From Candidatus Latescibacterota bacterium (GTDB taxonomy: Bacteria; Latescibacterota; UBA2968; UBA8231): 64,000 nucleotides of DNA. This document shows, piece by piece, positions 8,992 to 18,586 of this stretch (positions are counted from its first letter, which is position 1; each line of letters starts with the position of its first letter). The position numbers were made by a program, and so were the translations under genes. The DNA lies in assembly GCA_965203175.1 (NCBI GenBank), contig OZ241867.1:704001-768000 (forward strand), given 5' to 3'. The notes under the pieces were generated by a model. That model saw only the letters and a list, made by a program, of their open reading frames with translations, was not told where the DNA came from and did no database searches.

Positions 8992-10052
8992 TAAAAATTC
9001 TCTCAGAAGATCAGTTGAAAGCCATTTCTCGGGCTTATTCAGGATTGTCCCGTGAACGACTCAGATTATCATCATCTGAAGTACAAGAACTATTGATGCA
9101 GGATTTGCCAGACGTTCAAGTATCTCAGCTAAAGCAATTTCCGCTAGGCGGCCCCAATGAATTATATCGGCTTCTTCTGGAAGACTCAGAACGAGAATTG
9201 TCTCTTAAAATTGTAAACAAAGGCGCAGAGTCTAAACATGATGGTTATCTCTGTGCCCGAGAAGCCTTTGCTCTTACTCTGGCATCAAATGCTCAGGTGC
9301 CTGTCCCCTCAGTCTACGTTTCCCATTCTGGCGGTAAGAATCTTGGGCGTCCATATTTAGTTACCGAATGTGTAAGGGGTGAGCCGCTGGTAATGATTCT
9401 TTCGAAACTTTCAGAAAATTGTCTTCGGCAAATCGGATACGAAGTGGGCGAAGCTGTTGCAACACTCCATAGCATAACCTTTCGTTTCCATGGAGATCTA
9501 CCGATCCCTGATTGGTCTTTGCCGATTCCACATTTCAAACCTGTTCTTTGGAGTATTGAAGGAACCTCTGATGAGGTATTTATACACAGGGTTACTTTCA
9601 TCCTCGACTTGTATAGGAAACACGGCATTCTGTCGAAGGATGACTGTGAAAATTTGGAGCATTGTTTTCAAAAAAGAGCTAGGACATTACTGTCTTCAGA
9701 AGCATCTTCTTGTCTTGTTCAAGCAGATATCGATCCCAAGAATATCCTGATTTCTCAAGGGAAAGATGGGTGGAGCTTTGCGGGCTTGGTAGACTTCGAC
9801 CGCGCATTAGCTTTGCTCCCAGAGGCGGATCTTGGAATTATGAAAAATCGTTGGATCGCTGGTGCCTCTGAGGATCGAGTGAAGGCATTCAACAATTTCC
9901 AAGAGAGCTTTCTGGAGGGCTATCGGTCGGATGTCAATCTCTTGCCGGGATGGCAAGAAAGAGCAGAGCTTTTCTTTGCGTTGGAGTCTTTGGAGAGAAT
10001 CTACAGTAAGGATGCTAGAGATTATCTATCCAACTATGCAAAACTAGATTGA
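8988..10052 (+). CDS. aminoglycoside phosphotransferase-family protein
   Basis: VPVP, RPYLVTE, LVQADIDPKNIL and LVDFD motifs. ATG at 8988 overlaps the upstream TGA. Confidence 0.8.
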   Translation: MIKILSEDQLKAISRAYSGLSRERLRLSSSEVQELLMQDLPDVQVSQLKQFPLGGPNELYRLLLEDSERELSLKIVNKGAESKHDGYLCAREAFALTLASNAQVPVPSVYVSHSGGKNLGRPYLVTECVRGEPLVMILSKLSENCLRQIGYEVGEAVATLHSITFRFHGDLPIPDWSLPIPHFKPVLWSIEGTSDEVFIHRVTFILDLYRKHGILSKDDCENLEHCFQKRARTLLSSEASSCLVQADIDPKNILISQGKDGWSFAGLVDFDRALALLPEADLGIMKNRWIAGASEDRVKAFNNFQESFLEGYRSDVNLLPGWQERAELFFALESLERIYSKDARDYLSNYAKLD

Positions 10053-10146
10053 GGGAAGAAAGCCCTCTTCGCGTACCGCCCTAGCACGCCTATCTCACCC
10101 CAGCGTACATCATCGCTTAACACGTCCGTTTCGGTAATAAATATAA

Positions 10147-11046
10147 ATGACAGAGATTCGTCTCAAATCGCTTCCTGATACTGATGATTACTGGCAATAC
10201 CAGTTTGATGACATGGTATTTCGCACGGAATCCTTGTCTAAATCGGATCACCAACGAATTATCCCTCTGGGACAAGCCAGCGGCATCCTAATGGCTTACA
10301 TGGCGCGGCATCGCGATCTCTTGCAAGGGAAAAGAGTTATTGAGCCTTTTGCAGGCAGTGGTCCACTAGGTCTTTTAGCGCTTCACCTAGGTGCAGAATC
10401 GGCTCATTTTGTCGATCTCAATCCCAGAGTCAGCGATTTTATTCATCACAATGCAATGGAAAACGGGATTCCCGATCATCGCTATGCAGTCCATATATCT
10501 GGTATAGAGCGGTTTCATCTCCAGAAGCCGTTCGATTGGCTCTTTGCCAATCCCCCTTTCGTCCCCACTCCTCCCAAGGTCCCAGGCGTCCTTCATTCAT
10601 CGGCTGGGCCGGATGGGAATCGTTTAGCGGAAGTTCTGATACGACGGATTCCACAATTACTTCACACGACCGGCGAAGCCTTAATCTATCTCCTGCAATT
10701 GGAAGTAGATGGACGCCCATTAGCATCCTTCGCTTGCGAGGAATTTTTGCCGGATCGGTCCGTCGAATTTACTAGGGGCTGGCAGTATCAACTCCCCTTC
10801 GAGAGCCTAGTTACAGCCTACCTCGACCAACTCCCCGAACAAAAATCCGCGATCGATGAGTGGTCTTCTTCTATAGCGGAAAAATGGGGAGAAGAGCTGA
10901 CCTTAGATTCGTATGTGATCCACATTGGGCCTATGGGAGCGCAGCCTGGAATACGCATCCGCAACTATGACGGAACAAAGTATGGCAGTGGTTTTTTTAA
11001 TTCTCGTGATTCTTTGCAAGAGGTTGTTGCGGAGAACTTAATTTGA
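10147..11046 (+). CDS. HemK-like N-methyltransferase
   Basis: EPFAGSG SAM motif and NPPF motif. Confidence 0.75.
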   Translation: MTEIRLKSLPDTDDYWQYQFDDMVFRTESLSKSDHQRIIPLGQASGILMAYMARHRDLLQGKRVIEPFAGSGPLGLLALHLGAESAHFVDLNPRVSDFIHHNAMENGIPDHRYAVHISGIERFHLQKPFDWLFANPPFVPTPPKVPGVLHSSAGPDGNRLAEVLIRRIPQLLHTTGEALIYLLQLEVDGRPLASFACEEFLPDRSVEFTRGWQYQLPFESLVTAYLDQLPEQKSAIDEWSSSIAEKWGEELTLDSYVIHIGPMGAQPGIRIRNYDGTKYGSGFFNSRDSLQEVVAENLI

Positions 11047-11133
11047 CGAGCCGTCACTATAGTTCTACAGCTTGATACCTGCTATATTGCATCAAACACT
11101 AAAGTGCCTATTTTCCGCAAACCGGAGCCGCCC

Positions 11134-12402
11134 ATGACATCCAATACCGCTACCGTCCATCGACGACGCGAGCACGCGCGCTACGGGGCCGCATCCCAGC
11201 AGAAGTTCGACGGACCGCTGCCGCAGCCCTTTCCCCGCGAGATCGGCCCGCGCGCCATAGAATACCTAGCCGAGGTCGTCGATTCCGGTCTCACCTGCGA
11301 CATGGTGGGCCGGTTCGAGCAAGCCTTCGCCGAAACCCACGGCGTCGCACACTGCATCGCCACGCCGGGCTGCACGCCAGCCTTGGCCGTGCTGGCCGCA
11401 GCCTTCGGCTTCGAGCCCGGCGACGAAATCGTAGTCAGCTCGGTCAGCGACTACGGCACCGTGCAGGGCCTGATCAGCGCCGGCTACATCCCCGTGTTTG
11501 CCGACGCCGCACCCGGCACCATCAACGTCAATGCCGAGACCATTGAGGCGTGCATTTCCGAGCGCACGCGGGCGATCCTCGTCGTGCACCTGACCGGCCT
11601 GATCTGCGACATGGACGCCATCAACGAAGTCGCCGCGCGCCGCGGCCTAGTGGTCTATGAGGACGCCTGCCAAGCGGTCTTCGGCCGCTACAAGGGCCGC
11701 TACGCCGGCACCCTATCGACAGCGGGTGCCTTTTCCTTCGACTCGGAGAAAACCATGGGCTCCGACGTGGGCGGCTGCATCCTCACCAACGACGACGCGC
11801 TAGCCGAGCGGGCACGCTTCGTCGGCCAGAGCCGCGGCGGAGAGATGGTCGAGCACTTCGGGCGCGTACACACGGTCAACGGCTTCGCCCACCGCATGAC
11901 CCAATCGACCGCGGCGATCTGCCTAGCCCAGCTAGAAATCATCCAGCCGCAGGTAGAGAAGCGCGATCGCATGATCCGTCTGCTAAGCACACTCCTCGAT
12001 GAAATTCCAGGCGTGTCGGCGTTGCCGATCCCACCGGAGACCGAGGTCTATTCCTGCTGGATGGCAGGATTTGCCATCGACCTCGACCAGTTCCGGTGTG
12101 ACGCAGAGGAGTTCGGCGCGCAGGTAGCAGCCGCCGGCATCCCAGGAGCGAGCCAAGCGCGCTACTATCTGCTGCCAGCGGCCCTGCCCTATCTCACCGA
12201 AGCAGCCGAGCGCCAGCGTTTCCCGTACTCGCAACCACCGGCGTCGCGCACCTACCGCTACGACGCAACGTGCTGTCCAAATGCACACAAACTGCTAGAG
12301 CGCTTCATCCGCTGGAGCACGTTCTGCGATAAGTACGAGCCCTACCACTGCGAGCAGGCGGCCGCAATCGTGCGCCGCGTCGCCGACGAGTACCGGCTAT
12401 GA
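11134..12402 (+). CDS. DegT/DnrJ/EryC1/StrS PLP aminotransferase
   Basis: EDACQA and FSFDSEK (PLP Lys) motifs. ATG at 11134 has a GGAG RBS. Confidence 0.9.
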   Translation: MTSNTATVHRRREHARYGAASQQKFDGPLPQPFPREIGPRAIEYLAEVVDSGLTCDMVGRFEQAFAETHGVAHCIATPGCTPALAVLAAAFGFEPGDEIVVSSVSDYGTVQGLISAGYIPVFADAAPGTINVNAETIEACISERTRAILVVHLTGLICDMDAINEVAARRGLVVYEDACQAVFGRYKGRYAGTLSTAGAFSFDSEKTMGSDVGGCILTNDDALAERARFVGQSRGGEMVEHFGRVHTVNGFAHRMTQSTAAICLAQLEIIQPQVEKRDRMIRLLSTLLDEIPGVSALPIPPETEVYSCWMAGFAIDLDQFRCDAEEFGAQVAAAGIPGASQARYYLLPAALPYLTEAAERQRFPYSQPPASRTYRYDATCCPNAHKLLERFIRWSTFCDKYEPYHCEQAAAIVRRVADEYRL

Positions 12403-13175
12403 CAGATAACGCGCTACAACTCGCCGCCCGTTACTACCGGGCCTTGCCGATTGATCGCCCTGGATACGAACAGGTCACCTTGTCGCTGCCAGTGGACAAG
12501 ACAGCCTTGGTGGGCATGCACTGCTGGAACATCGGCTGCCCCGACGGGCCGCCCGTGGACGTCAACTACTGCGTCGGCATGGGTTGGCCCCAGTCAACAG
12601 AGGAGGCCGGGCGCATCATGGCCGAGGTCATCCGCCCGGCCATGGACGCGGCCCGCGCAATTGGGATGCCGGTCTGCCACGTCGAGACGGACTGGATGGA
12701 CCACCAGTATCCCCACATCGAGTCGCGGCGCTCGGGGGAGTCGGGATCCGTGCACCCACACCAACAGGAAATGCTCGAACGAGCCCACGGCGTCGGCTAC
12801 ATGGAGCGCTCACCGCTAGCGCAGATGCGGCGCGCCGAAATCGTTTCCCCGGTTGGAGACGAGCCCCTCTTTTTCTACTCCGACGTGCTAGACGAATACC
12901 TGCGCAGCCGCGGCGTGGATACACTGATCTACATGGGGTTCGCAGCCGACATGTGCCTGCTCGGTGCCGAGGGGGGAGCGCGGCCCATGCTGGCGCGCGG
13001 CTATCGCTGCGTGGTGATACGCGATGCGACTGTCGGAGTGGAGACGCCAGCGTCGTTCCCGCAGCGATTATCGACCAACTACGCCCTCCACATCTTCGAG
13101 TGGACCTTGGGCTTCGGCTGCACCTTCGCGCAATTCCAACAAGCCATCGATCAGATGAAAGGTAAGCAGCCATGA
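12399..13175 (+). CDS. isochorismatase-like cysteine hydrolase
   Basis: LIYMGFAADMC and RDAT motifs; ATGA-coupled to the upstream gene. Confidence 0.8.
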   Translation: MTDNALQLAARYYRALPIDRPGYEQVTLSLPVDKTALVGMHCWNIGCPDGPPVDVNYCVGMGWPQSTEEAGRIMAEVIRPAMDAARAIGMPVCHVETDWMDHQYPHIESRRSGESGSVHPHQQEMLERAHGVGYMERSPLAQMRRAEIVSPVGDEPLFFYSDVLDEYLRSRGVDTLIYMGFAADMCLLGAEGGARPMLARGYRCVVIRDATVGVETPASFPQRLSTNYALHIFEWTLGFGCTFAQFQQAIDQMKGKQP

Positions 13176-14176
13176 GCTTGAGCATCTGTCCGTGGAAGTA
13201 CGGCAAGCGCTGGGTTTACTCGATCACCTACGACGAGGCCCTAGCCGACCTGCACCGCTTCGCCATCCCCATGCACGAGGAGTACAGCATCCCCGGCCAC
13301 GTAGAACTGCTCGTCGGCCAGATGGGTGAGATTCGCAAAGCCGGCAACTCCAGCTACAACGGCTACCGCCACATGAACGCAGACGAGTTGCGCGACCTAC
13401 TCGCCCGCGGCTGGGGCGTGGGCAACCACTCGTGGACCCACGAAATCATCACTCCAGAGATGGTGGATCAGGAAATCGGCCACGCCAAGCAAGTGCTGGA
13501 GGAAACCCTCGGCGAACCGATAATCCTCTACTGCTCGCCCGGCAACAACACGAACATGGCCGACCACGTCCTCGAAGCCTGCCGCCGCTACGGCTACCTA
13601 GGCGCCATGAGCCTGACGGACGCGCTCAACCTGCCCGAGGACGAGCTGTTCTGGATCAACCGCACAGCGCTGCACGACCACTACTACGAGCCGTTCTACA
13701 GCGCCTACGACCCGTACCGCAACATCCGCCAAGCACAAGCCGTGCAGGGCTGGCTCATCGACTATTGCCACTGTCCGCTGGAAACAGCCGTGCATCCCAA
13801 CAAGGATTGCTCCGAGGCCCAGCTACGGCAGCGCTTTGAGACGGTGCTGTCCGAGGGAGGCGATGCGGTCTGGTGCGCAGTGCCCGAAGAGGCGCTCAGC
13901 TACCATCTGATGCGGCGTCACGCTCAGATCGAAGCCGTGGACGGCGGTGCCGAAGCGCAGCACTTTCGCATCGGCCTGCCGGAGTTGCCCGGGCAGGTGC
14001 CGTACCGCACCCTGACTCTAGAGGCTAACGTACCAGCGGCTTGGTGCCGCGACCCCCGCGTAGTAGTGGACGGGCGGGAGCTAGGAGCGGAGGTCGTGCG
14101 ACCCGGCGTGTTGCGGGTGACGACGCCGGTGCGGGACGGAACTCAGGTCGAGGTGCGGGCTACGCCGCGCCCTTGA
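13172..14176 (+). CDS. polysaccharide deacetylase (NodB-like) domain protein
   Basis: SITYDE and VGNHSWTH motifs; ATGA-coupled. Confidence 0.8.
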   Translation: MSLSICPWKYGKRWVYSITYDEALADLHRFAIPMHEEYSIPGHVELLVGQMGEIRKAGNSSYNGYRHMNADELRDLLARGWGVGNHSWTHEIITPEMVDQEIGHAKQVLEETLGEPIILYCSPGNNTNMADHVLEACRRYGYLGAMSLTDALNLPEDELFWINRTALHDHYYEPFYSAYDPYRNIRQAQAVQGWLIDYCHCPLETAVHPNKDCSEAQLRQRFETVLSEGGDAVWCAVPEEALSYHLMRRHAQIEAVDGGAEAQHFRIGLPELPGQVPYRTLTLEANVPAAWCRDPRVVVDGRELGAEVVRPGVLRVTTPVRDGTQVEVRATPRP

Positions 14177-14199
14177 CAGATTTCTCTACTCGTTATACT
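14173..14199 (+). promoter_or_regulatory. sigma70-like promoter overlapping the upstream stop codon
   Basis: TTGACA (14173-14178), a 15-nt spacer, then TATACT (14194-14199). Confidence 0.4.
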
Positions 14200-14247
14200 C
14201 GGATATCAGCAGTTAACTGAAAGCAGCAAAAAAGAAAGGAATTCAGA

Positions 14248-15360
14248 ATGGGTTACCCCGCAATTGACCAACCGGCCCCCGCGATCGAGGTCAGTGAATG
14301 GATTAGCGGTAAGCCAGAAAAAGAAAATGGATTTTCTGGCAAGAATGTAATCCTTGAATTCTGGGGCACTCATTGTGGACCGTGTATCGCCGCCATACCT
14401 CATCTCAATGAACTCGTCGCCACGTATGGCAGTAAGGACACCCTTTTTGTCTCGTTGACCCGTGAAGAGCCCCACATCATAGAACGCTTCCTGGAAAAAA
14501 GGCCGATAAAGGGCGGAGTCGCCACAGATCGAGAGGATGCAACGTTCAATGCCTATGGGATACAAAGTATCCCTCATACCTTTCTCATAGACTCACAAGG
14601 TTTACTTCGTTGGCACGGTCATCCAGCTTTTTTTACCGCAGAATTGTTAGAAGAGTTTCTCCAGACGGACAACGTGCCCAAAGTAGACGAACCAACCACC
14701 TCTTCAGAAACCGTGCCGGCGGTCACTCCAGACACCCTGTTTTTTCTAAAAATTGATCGAAATGCTTCCGATCGCAGAGAGGCTAGTTTGGGTATTGGCG
14801 ACGAGCAATTCGAGGCAGAATTTTACGGGCATCGAGTGATCGATGTGATTCGCTGGCTATTGGATCGTCCCCTCTCCCGGATGCGGATTGAAGGGGAAGA
14901 GCCAGAAGAGCTGTTGGACATTGAGTTGCGTTCTTTCCATCCCTTGAAAACAAAGGCGGCAAGAGAAAGAGCGGTAGACGTGCTGTGCGACATGTTTGGC
15001 ATCGCGATTTGTCGTGTTGTGGAACAACGGGAAGGATGGACGCTAACCTGTTCTAACCCTCAATTGACGGATGTATCTGACTTGGGCGGCGGCATGTCCA
15101 CGGGCGGGTTCAATAATAAGTTTACCGGCTCCAATCTCACGATAAATCAGCTTACCGATTACCTTGAGAGTTCGATGAAATGCATATTTTTCAACGAAAC
15201 ACACTTGGCAGGGAAATATGACTTTGTATTGCCGGTTAAAACCTTTGATCAGACACGGCGAGCTTTAGAAGAAGAGTACGGCATCAAAGTCGAATCGGCA
15301 GTACGCGAAGTAGAAATAGTGATTCTGCGCATGACGGATGCCGCTATCAGGGCTTCCTGA
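14248..15360 (+). CDS. TlpA/redoxin domain fused to a DUF3738-like C-terminal domain
   Basis: EFWGTHCGPC thioredoxin motif; C-terminal NETHLAGKYDFVL. Confidence 0.75.
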   Translation: MGYPAIDQPAPAIEVSEWISGKPEKENGFSGKNVILEFWGTHCGPCIAAIPHLNELVATYGSKDTLFVSLTREEPHIIERFLEKRPIKGGVATDREDATFNAYGIQSIPHTFLIDSQGLLRWHGHPAFFTAELLEEFLQTDNVPKVDEPTTSSETVPAVTPDTLFFLKIDRNASDRREASLGIGDEQFEAEFYGHRVIDVIRWLLDRPLSRMRIEGEEPEELLDIELRSFHPLKTKAARERAVDVLCDMFGIAICRVVEQREGWTLTCSNPQLTDVSDLGGGMSTGGFNNKFTGSNLTINQLTDYLESSMKCIFFNETHLAGKYDFVLPVKTFDQTRRALEEEYGIKVESAVREVEIVILRMTDAAIRAS

Positions 15361-15372
15361 CCGACAGAACTC

Positions 15373-16059
15373 ATGTCAAACGACTTTGATTTTGACGGAG
15401 CCGTCCCGCCATGGGGCCGTAGCGCAGCCGAATACGAGGCGTTCTTCGCCTTATCTGACGTTCCGCCATCTGCGCGCATATTGGACTGCGGGGGTGGACC
15501 GTCGTCGTTCGCTGCGGAATGGAGTAGAAATGGACGATACGTCGTCGCCGCTGACCCCATGTACAGGTTTCCCGCCAGAGATTTTCTAGCCGACTTCGAT
15601 CTCACAGCGGCACAGATGCTCGCGGGAATGCAGAAGGCCCGGAACAGGTTCAAGTGGGATTACTACGGCAGCCCAGAAAATGTCGTCCAACGCCGGCGCG
15701 ACGTTCTCACATCCTTCATTGCCGATTTTCAGGCGGCGACGCGGAGGGGTCGCTACGTATCTGCCTGCCTACCGGAATTGCCTTTCCTGTCGGAATCCTT
15801 CGATCTCGTACTTTGTTCTCATCTACTATTTCTCTACTCTGCCGAATTCGACGCAGCAACCCACCTCTCCTTCCTGCGGGAATTGCTTCGCGTAGGTCGA
15901 GAGGTTCGCGTATTTCCATTGCTCGACATGGATGGGAACCCTTCCGCGCATTTGGATAACACCATTCAGGCCCTGCGAGCGTCAACACGCGTTGAGCTTG
16001 TTCCACTGTCTTTCGAGTTTCGGTCTGGCGATTCGAAAATGCTGCGTTTAAAGCCTTAG
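15373..16059 (+). CDS. SAM-dependent methyltransferase
   Basis: ILDCGGGPSSF and FDLVLCSHLLFLY motifs. Confidence 0.85.
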   Translation: MSNDFDFDGAVPPWGRSAAEYEAFFALSDVPPSARILDCGGGPSSFAAEWSRNGRYVVAADPMYRFPARDFLADFDLTAAQMLAGMQKARNRFKWDYYGSPENVVQRRRDVLTSFIADFQAATRRGRYVSACLPELPFLSESFDLVLCSHLLFLYSAEFDAATHLSFLRELLRVGREVRVFPLLDMDGNPSAHLDNTIQALRASTRVELVPLSFEFRSGDSKMLRLKP

Positions 16060-16078
16060 CGGAATGTCGCTAAGGCCC

Positions 16079-18586
16079 TCAGCGGGGGCGCAGGATGGCA
16101 CCGCCTCGCCGGACCACGTCGAAGGCAAACTCCCGATCACCAGCGCGCAGCCGGAACCGGTCACCCTCCTGTACAACCCGAGCCTTCGCCGAGCGGCTGC
16201 AAAAAGCGAGGACGAGAACACCGTCATCCGTACCCGCCACTATACGCGTTGACGCCTCAGCAGCACCCGGCAGAAAGCTGACGAGGCTACCGGCAGCCAG
16301 TCCAGAAGGCGCAAAGGGCACCTCTTCGGTCCGCAGTCGAAGACCCTTTCCAAACACCGTCATCACCTCCACCACGCGCGGCCCAGCACCAAGACGGGCG
16401 CGTGCCTTACTCAGACCCCGCAGGTCCACCGGATTCAGTTTATAAGCCAACTCTCCACCACCCATCTCCGGTCCCAGTCCCTTATCCGGATCCACGGTCA
16501 GCCGCCGACGGCCCAGACAGCGCAGGTCAATAAGAGCTATATCGCAGTCCGCAGAGACACCGGGCGTCTGCACGGCACCGCCGAAGGCGAGGGTGGAGTG
16601 AGGCCACACGTAAAAGGTGCGCGGTTCCTGCCGCGAGGCGAGTCCCTGAGAGTCACGGCCCACCTCGCCGAAGGTAGCCGGATCGTCGATACATTTCGCC
16701 TCGCCATCGACAGCAATCTCCATCCACGGCCTGCCCGCGCGCCGATTGAAGCCACCCCATCCAATCTCAACCTCATGCCAAACTCCAGCGTCCACTCTAC
16801 TCGGTGCACACACGGTAACTTCGTGGCCGTTCTGACTCTGTACGCTGAAGCGCATCCTACCGTCCGTTTCAGCGACGAGAGCAAAGGTATTGACCCTCGT
16901 CCCCCCGATCCCACCGACGCCGTTCCCCGTGTTGAACAACACCCGAGGACCGTCCTCGTGCCCTCGCAATCGGAAGCGCATACGCAGGCGGCCGCCGTTG
17001 GAACAGAACCAAGGCCGGGCCTCGTACTGCAAGGCGTCGCCCCCACTCAGCCGGACGATGCCATCGACGAGCCGGAGACCGCGCGGTCGGCGACGCAGCA
17101 CCACGAGAACAACCGGATGCTCTCCGGTCAACAGCCAGTATTCCTGCTCGGTGCGCCGAGCGGAGACGCGCAACCGCTGCCAATCCTGCGTGCTCTCCAA
17201 ACCGCCCGGCACGGCGACGATCTCGTTCTGGCCGCCCACGCAGGGCAGGCTGCCGCAACTCACCGGCTGGGCCTCGGCCGCACTGATCGCGCGCAGCACG
17301 GGATTGCCCGCCCACTGCACGTGCAAGTTCATAAAGCCGTGGGCCACATCGCCGTCGTACCCACTGACCCAGAGAATCGCCGCGTCGGGTCCGTGGTCGC
17401 TGCGCATTATAGCAGAGCGGTCGCCGCGCGCCGCGAAACGACGTACCAACGGAGCCGGCCGGCGCTGCTTGGCCGCCCGGAAGTCGGGATCGTAAAAGCA
17501 GTAGGCGTAGGGCCCGTAGGAGATCATACACTCCGCGGTCGAGCCTTTGACGCCACCACCGAAGCGATAGATCCGGCCTAGACGCGGGTCGGCGAGAGCG
17601 GCGTCGCGCAGCATCTCGTCGCCAGCCTCTTGGGCCAGCCGCAGGAGCGCGGGAGAGCTGGCGTTGAGCTGGGTGCCGAGTACGTTGGCGTTGGCGGGAT
17701 AGTAGAGCTGGTCGGGAATCTTGCGCGGAGCTGCCCAGTGGGCGCGGAACCAAATCAGCGGCCGCCGCAGCCGGGCCGGAACCTCGCGGCCGAGATCAAT
17801 GCCAGTGACATTGCGCAACGCGTCGGCAAACTGCAGAAGCCAGAGGTTCTCCCAAGGCCAAAAGGAAGGGCCGTCCACTGGCTCGCCAGCGGGGCCGCAG
17901 CCGTGGGGCAAGATGGCGGCGCGGAAGCGATCGATAACCGCCTGCACCCACGCCTCCGCCTTGGGATGTTCGCCCAGCAGGTGCAGAGCAGCCACGCCAA
18001 AGTGCCCGTTGTCCACAACGGCGTGGTGCCCACCTTCCTCCGAGTGGCGTTGCTCCTCCACATCAGGCCACCAGCGCTCCAACTGCCGCACGAGACATGC
18101 GCGGACTTGACGCTTCTCAGTGGCCGTCAACTCCCCGTCCAGCAGATCGAGAGCCAAGGCAAAAGCCTGCATGTAGCGGTTGGCTGTGTAGAAGTGCTCC
18201 TCCACCCGGTCGTCGTGATCCCAATCAGCCGCCGCCCGCAGCCAGATGTGGGCCCGGTCTAGCCAGCGCTGGTCGCCGGTCAACCGCCAAGCAAAGGCGT
18301 AGTTCTCGATCAAAGCCGTAGCCTGCATGGCAGTGTAGAAGGTCAGATAAAGCTGGTGGTACGGGTGAGGACTGTCCGGCCGCCTTGGAATCCGCGGCCA
18401 CGGTCGCTGTCCAGCATACAACTCGCAGTCGTCTAGGAGATTGGCGAGGATGCGCCGACGCACGGGATCAGTCGGCGGCTCAAAGCGGAAGTGGGGATCG
18501 TCGAAGGGCCGCAGCAGCCGGGGCCGCTCGCGGCGGATGACCGGGAGCTGGACCTGCTTTGGGGAGTTGGCCGGACGCACGGACAT
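16079..18586 (-). CDS. heparinase II/III / alginate-lyase-like protein with LamG-like insertion
   Basis: AFAWRLTGD..WL.RA toroid motif, DGPSFW and GVWHEV. ATG at 18586 overlaps the upstream TGA. Confidence 0.55.
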   Translation of the reverse strand: MSVRPANSPKQVQLPVIRRERPRLLRPFDDPHFRFEPPTDPVRRRILANLLDDCELYAGQRPWPRIPRRPDSPHPYHQLYLTFYTAMQATALIENYAFAWRLTGDQRWLDRAHIWLRAAADWDHDDRVEEHFYTANRYMQAFALALDLLDGELTATEKRQVRACLVRQLERWWPDVEEQRHSEEGGHHAVVDNGHFGVAALHLLGEHPKAEAWVQAVIDRFRAAILPHGCGPAGEPVDGPSFWPWENLWLLQFADALRNVTGIDLGREVPARLRRPLIWFRAHWAAPRKIPDQLYYPANANVLGTQLNASSPALLRLAQEAGDEMLRDAALADPRLGRIYRFGGGVKGSTAECMISYGPYAYCFYDPDFRAAKQRRPAPLVRRFAARGDRSAIMRSDHGPDAAILWVSGYDGDVAHGFMNLHVQWAGNPVLRAISAAEAQPVSCGSLPCVGGQNEIVAVPGGLESTQDWQRLRVSARRTEQEYWLLTGEHPVVLVVLRRRPRGLRLVDGIVRLSGGDALQYEARPWFCSNGGRLRMRFRLRGHEDGPRVLFNTGNGVGGIGGTRVNTFALVAETDGRMRFSVQSQNGHEVTVCAPSRVDAGVWHEVEIGWGGFNRRAGRPWMEIAVDGEAKCIDDPATFGEVGRDSQGLASRQEPRTFYVWPHSTLAFGGAVQTPGVSADCDIALIDLRCLGRRRLTVDPDKGLGPEMGGGELAYKLNPVDLRGLSKARARLGAGPRVVEVMTVFGKGLRLRTEEVPFAPSGLAAGSLVSFLPGAAEASTRIVAGTDDGVLVLAFCSRSAKARVVQEGDRFRLRAGDREFAFDVVRRGGAILRPR

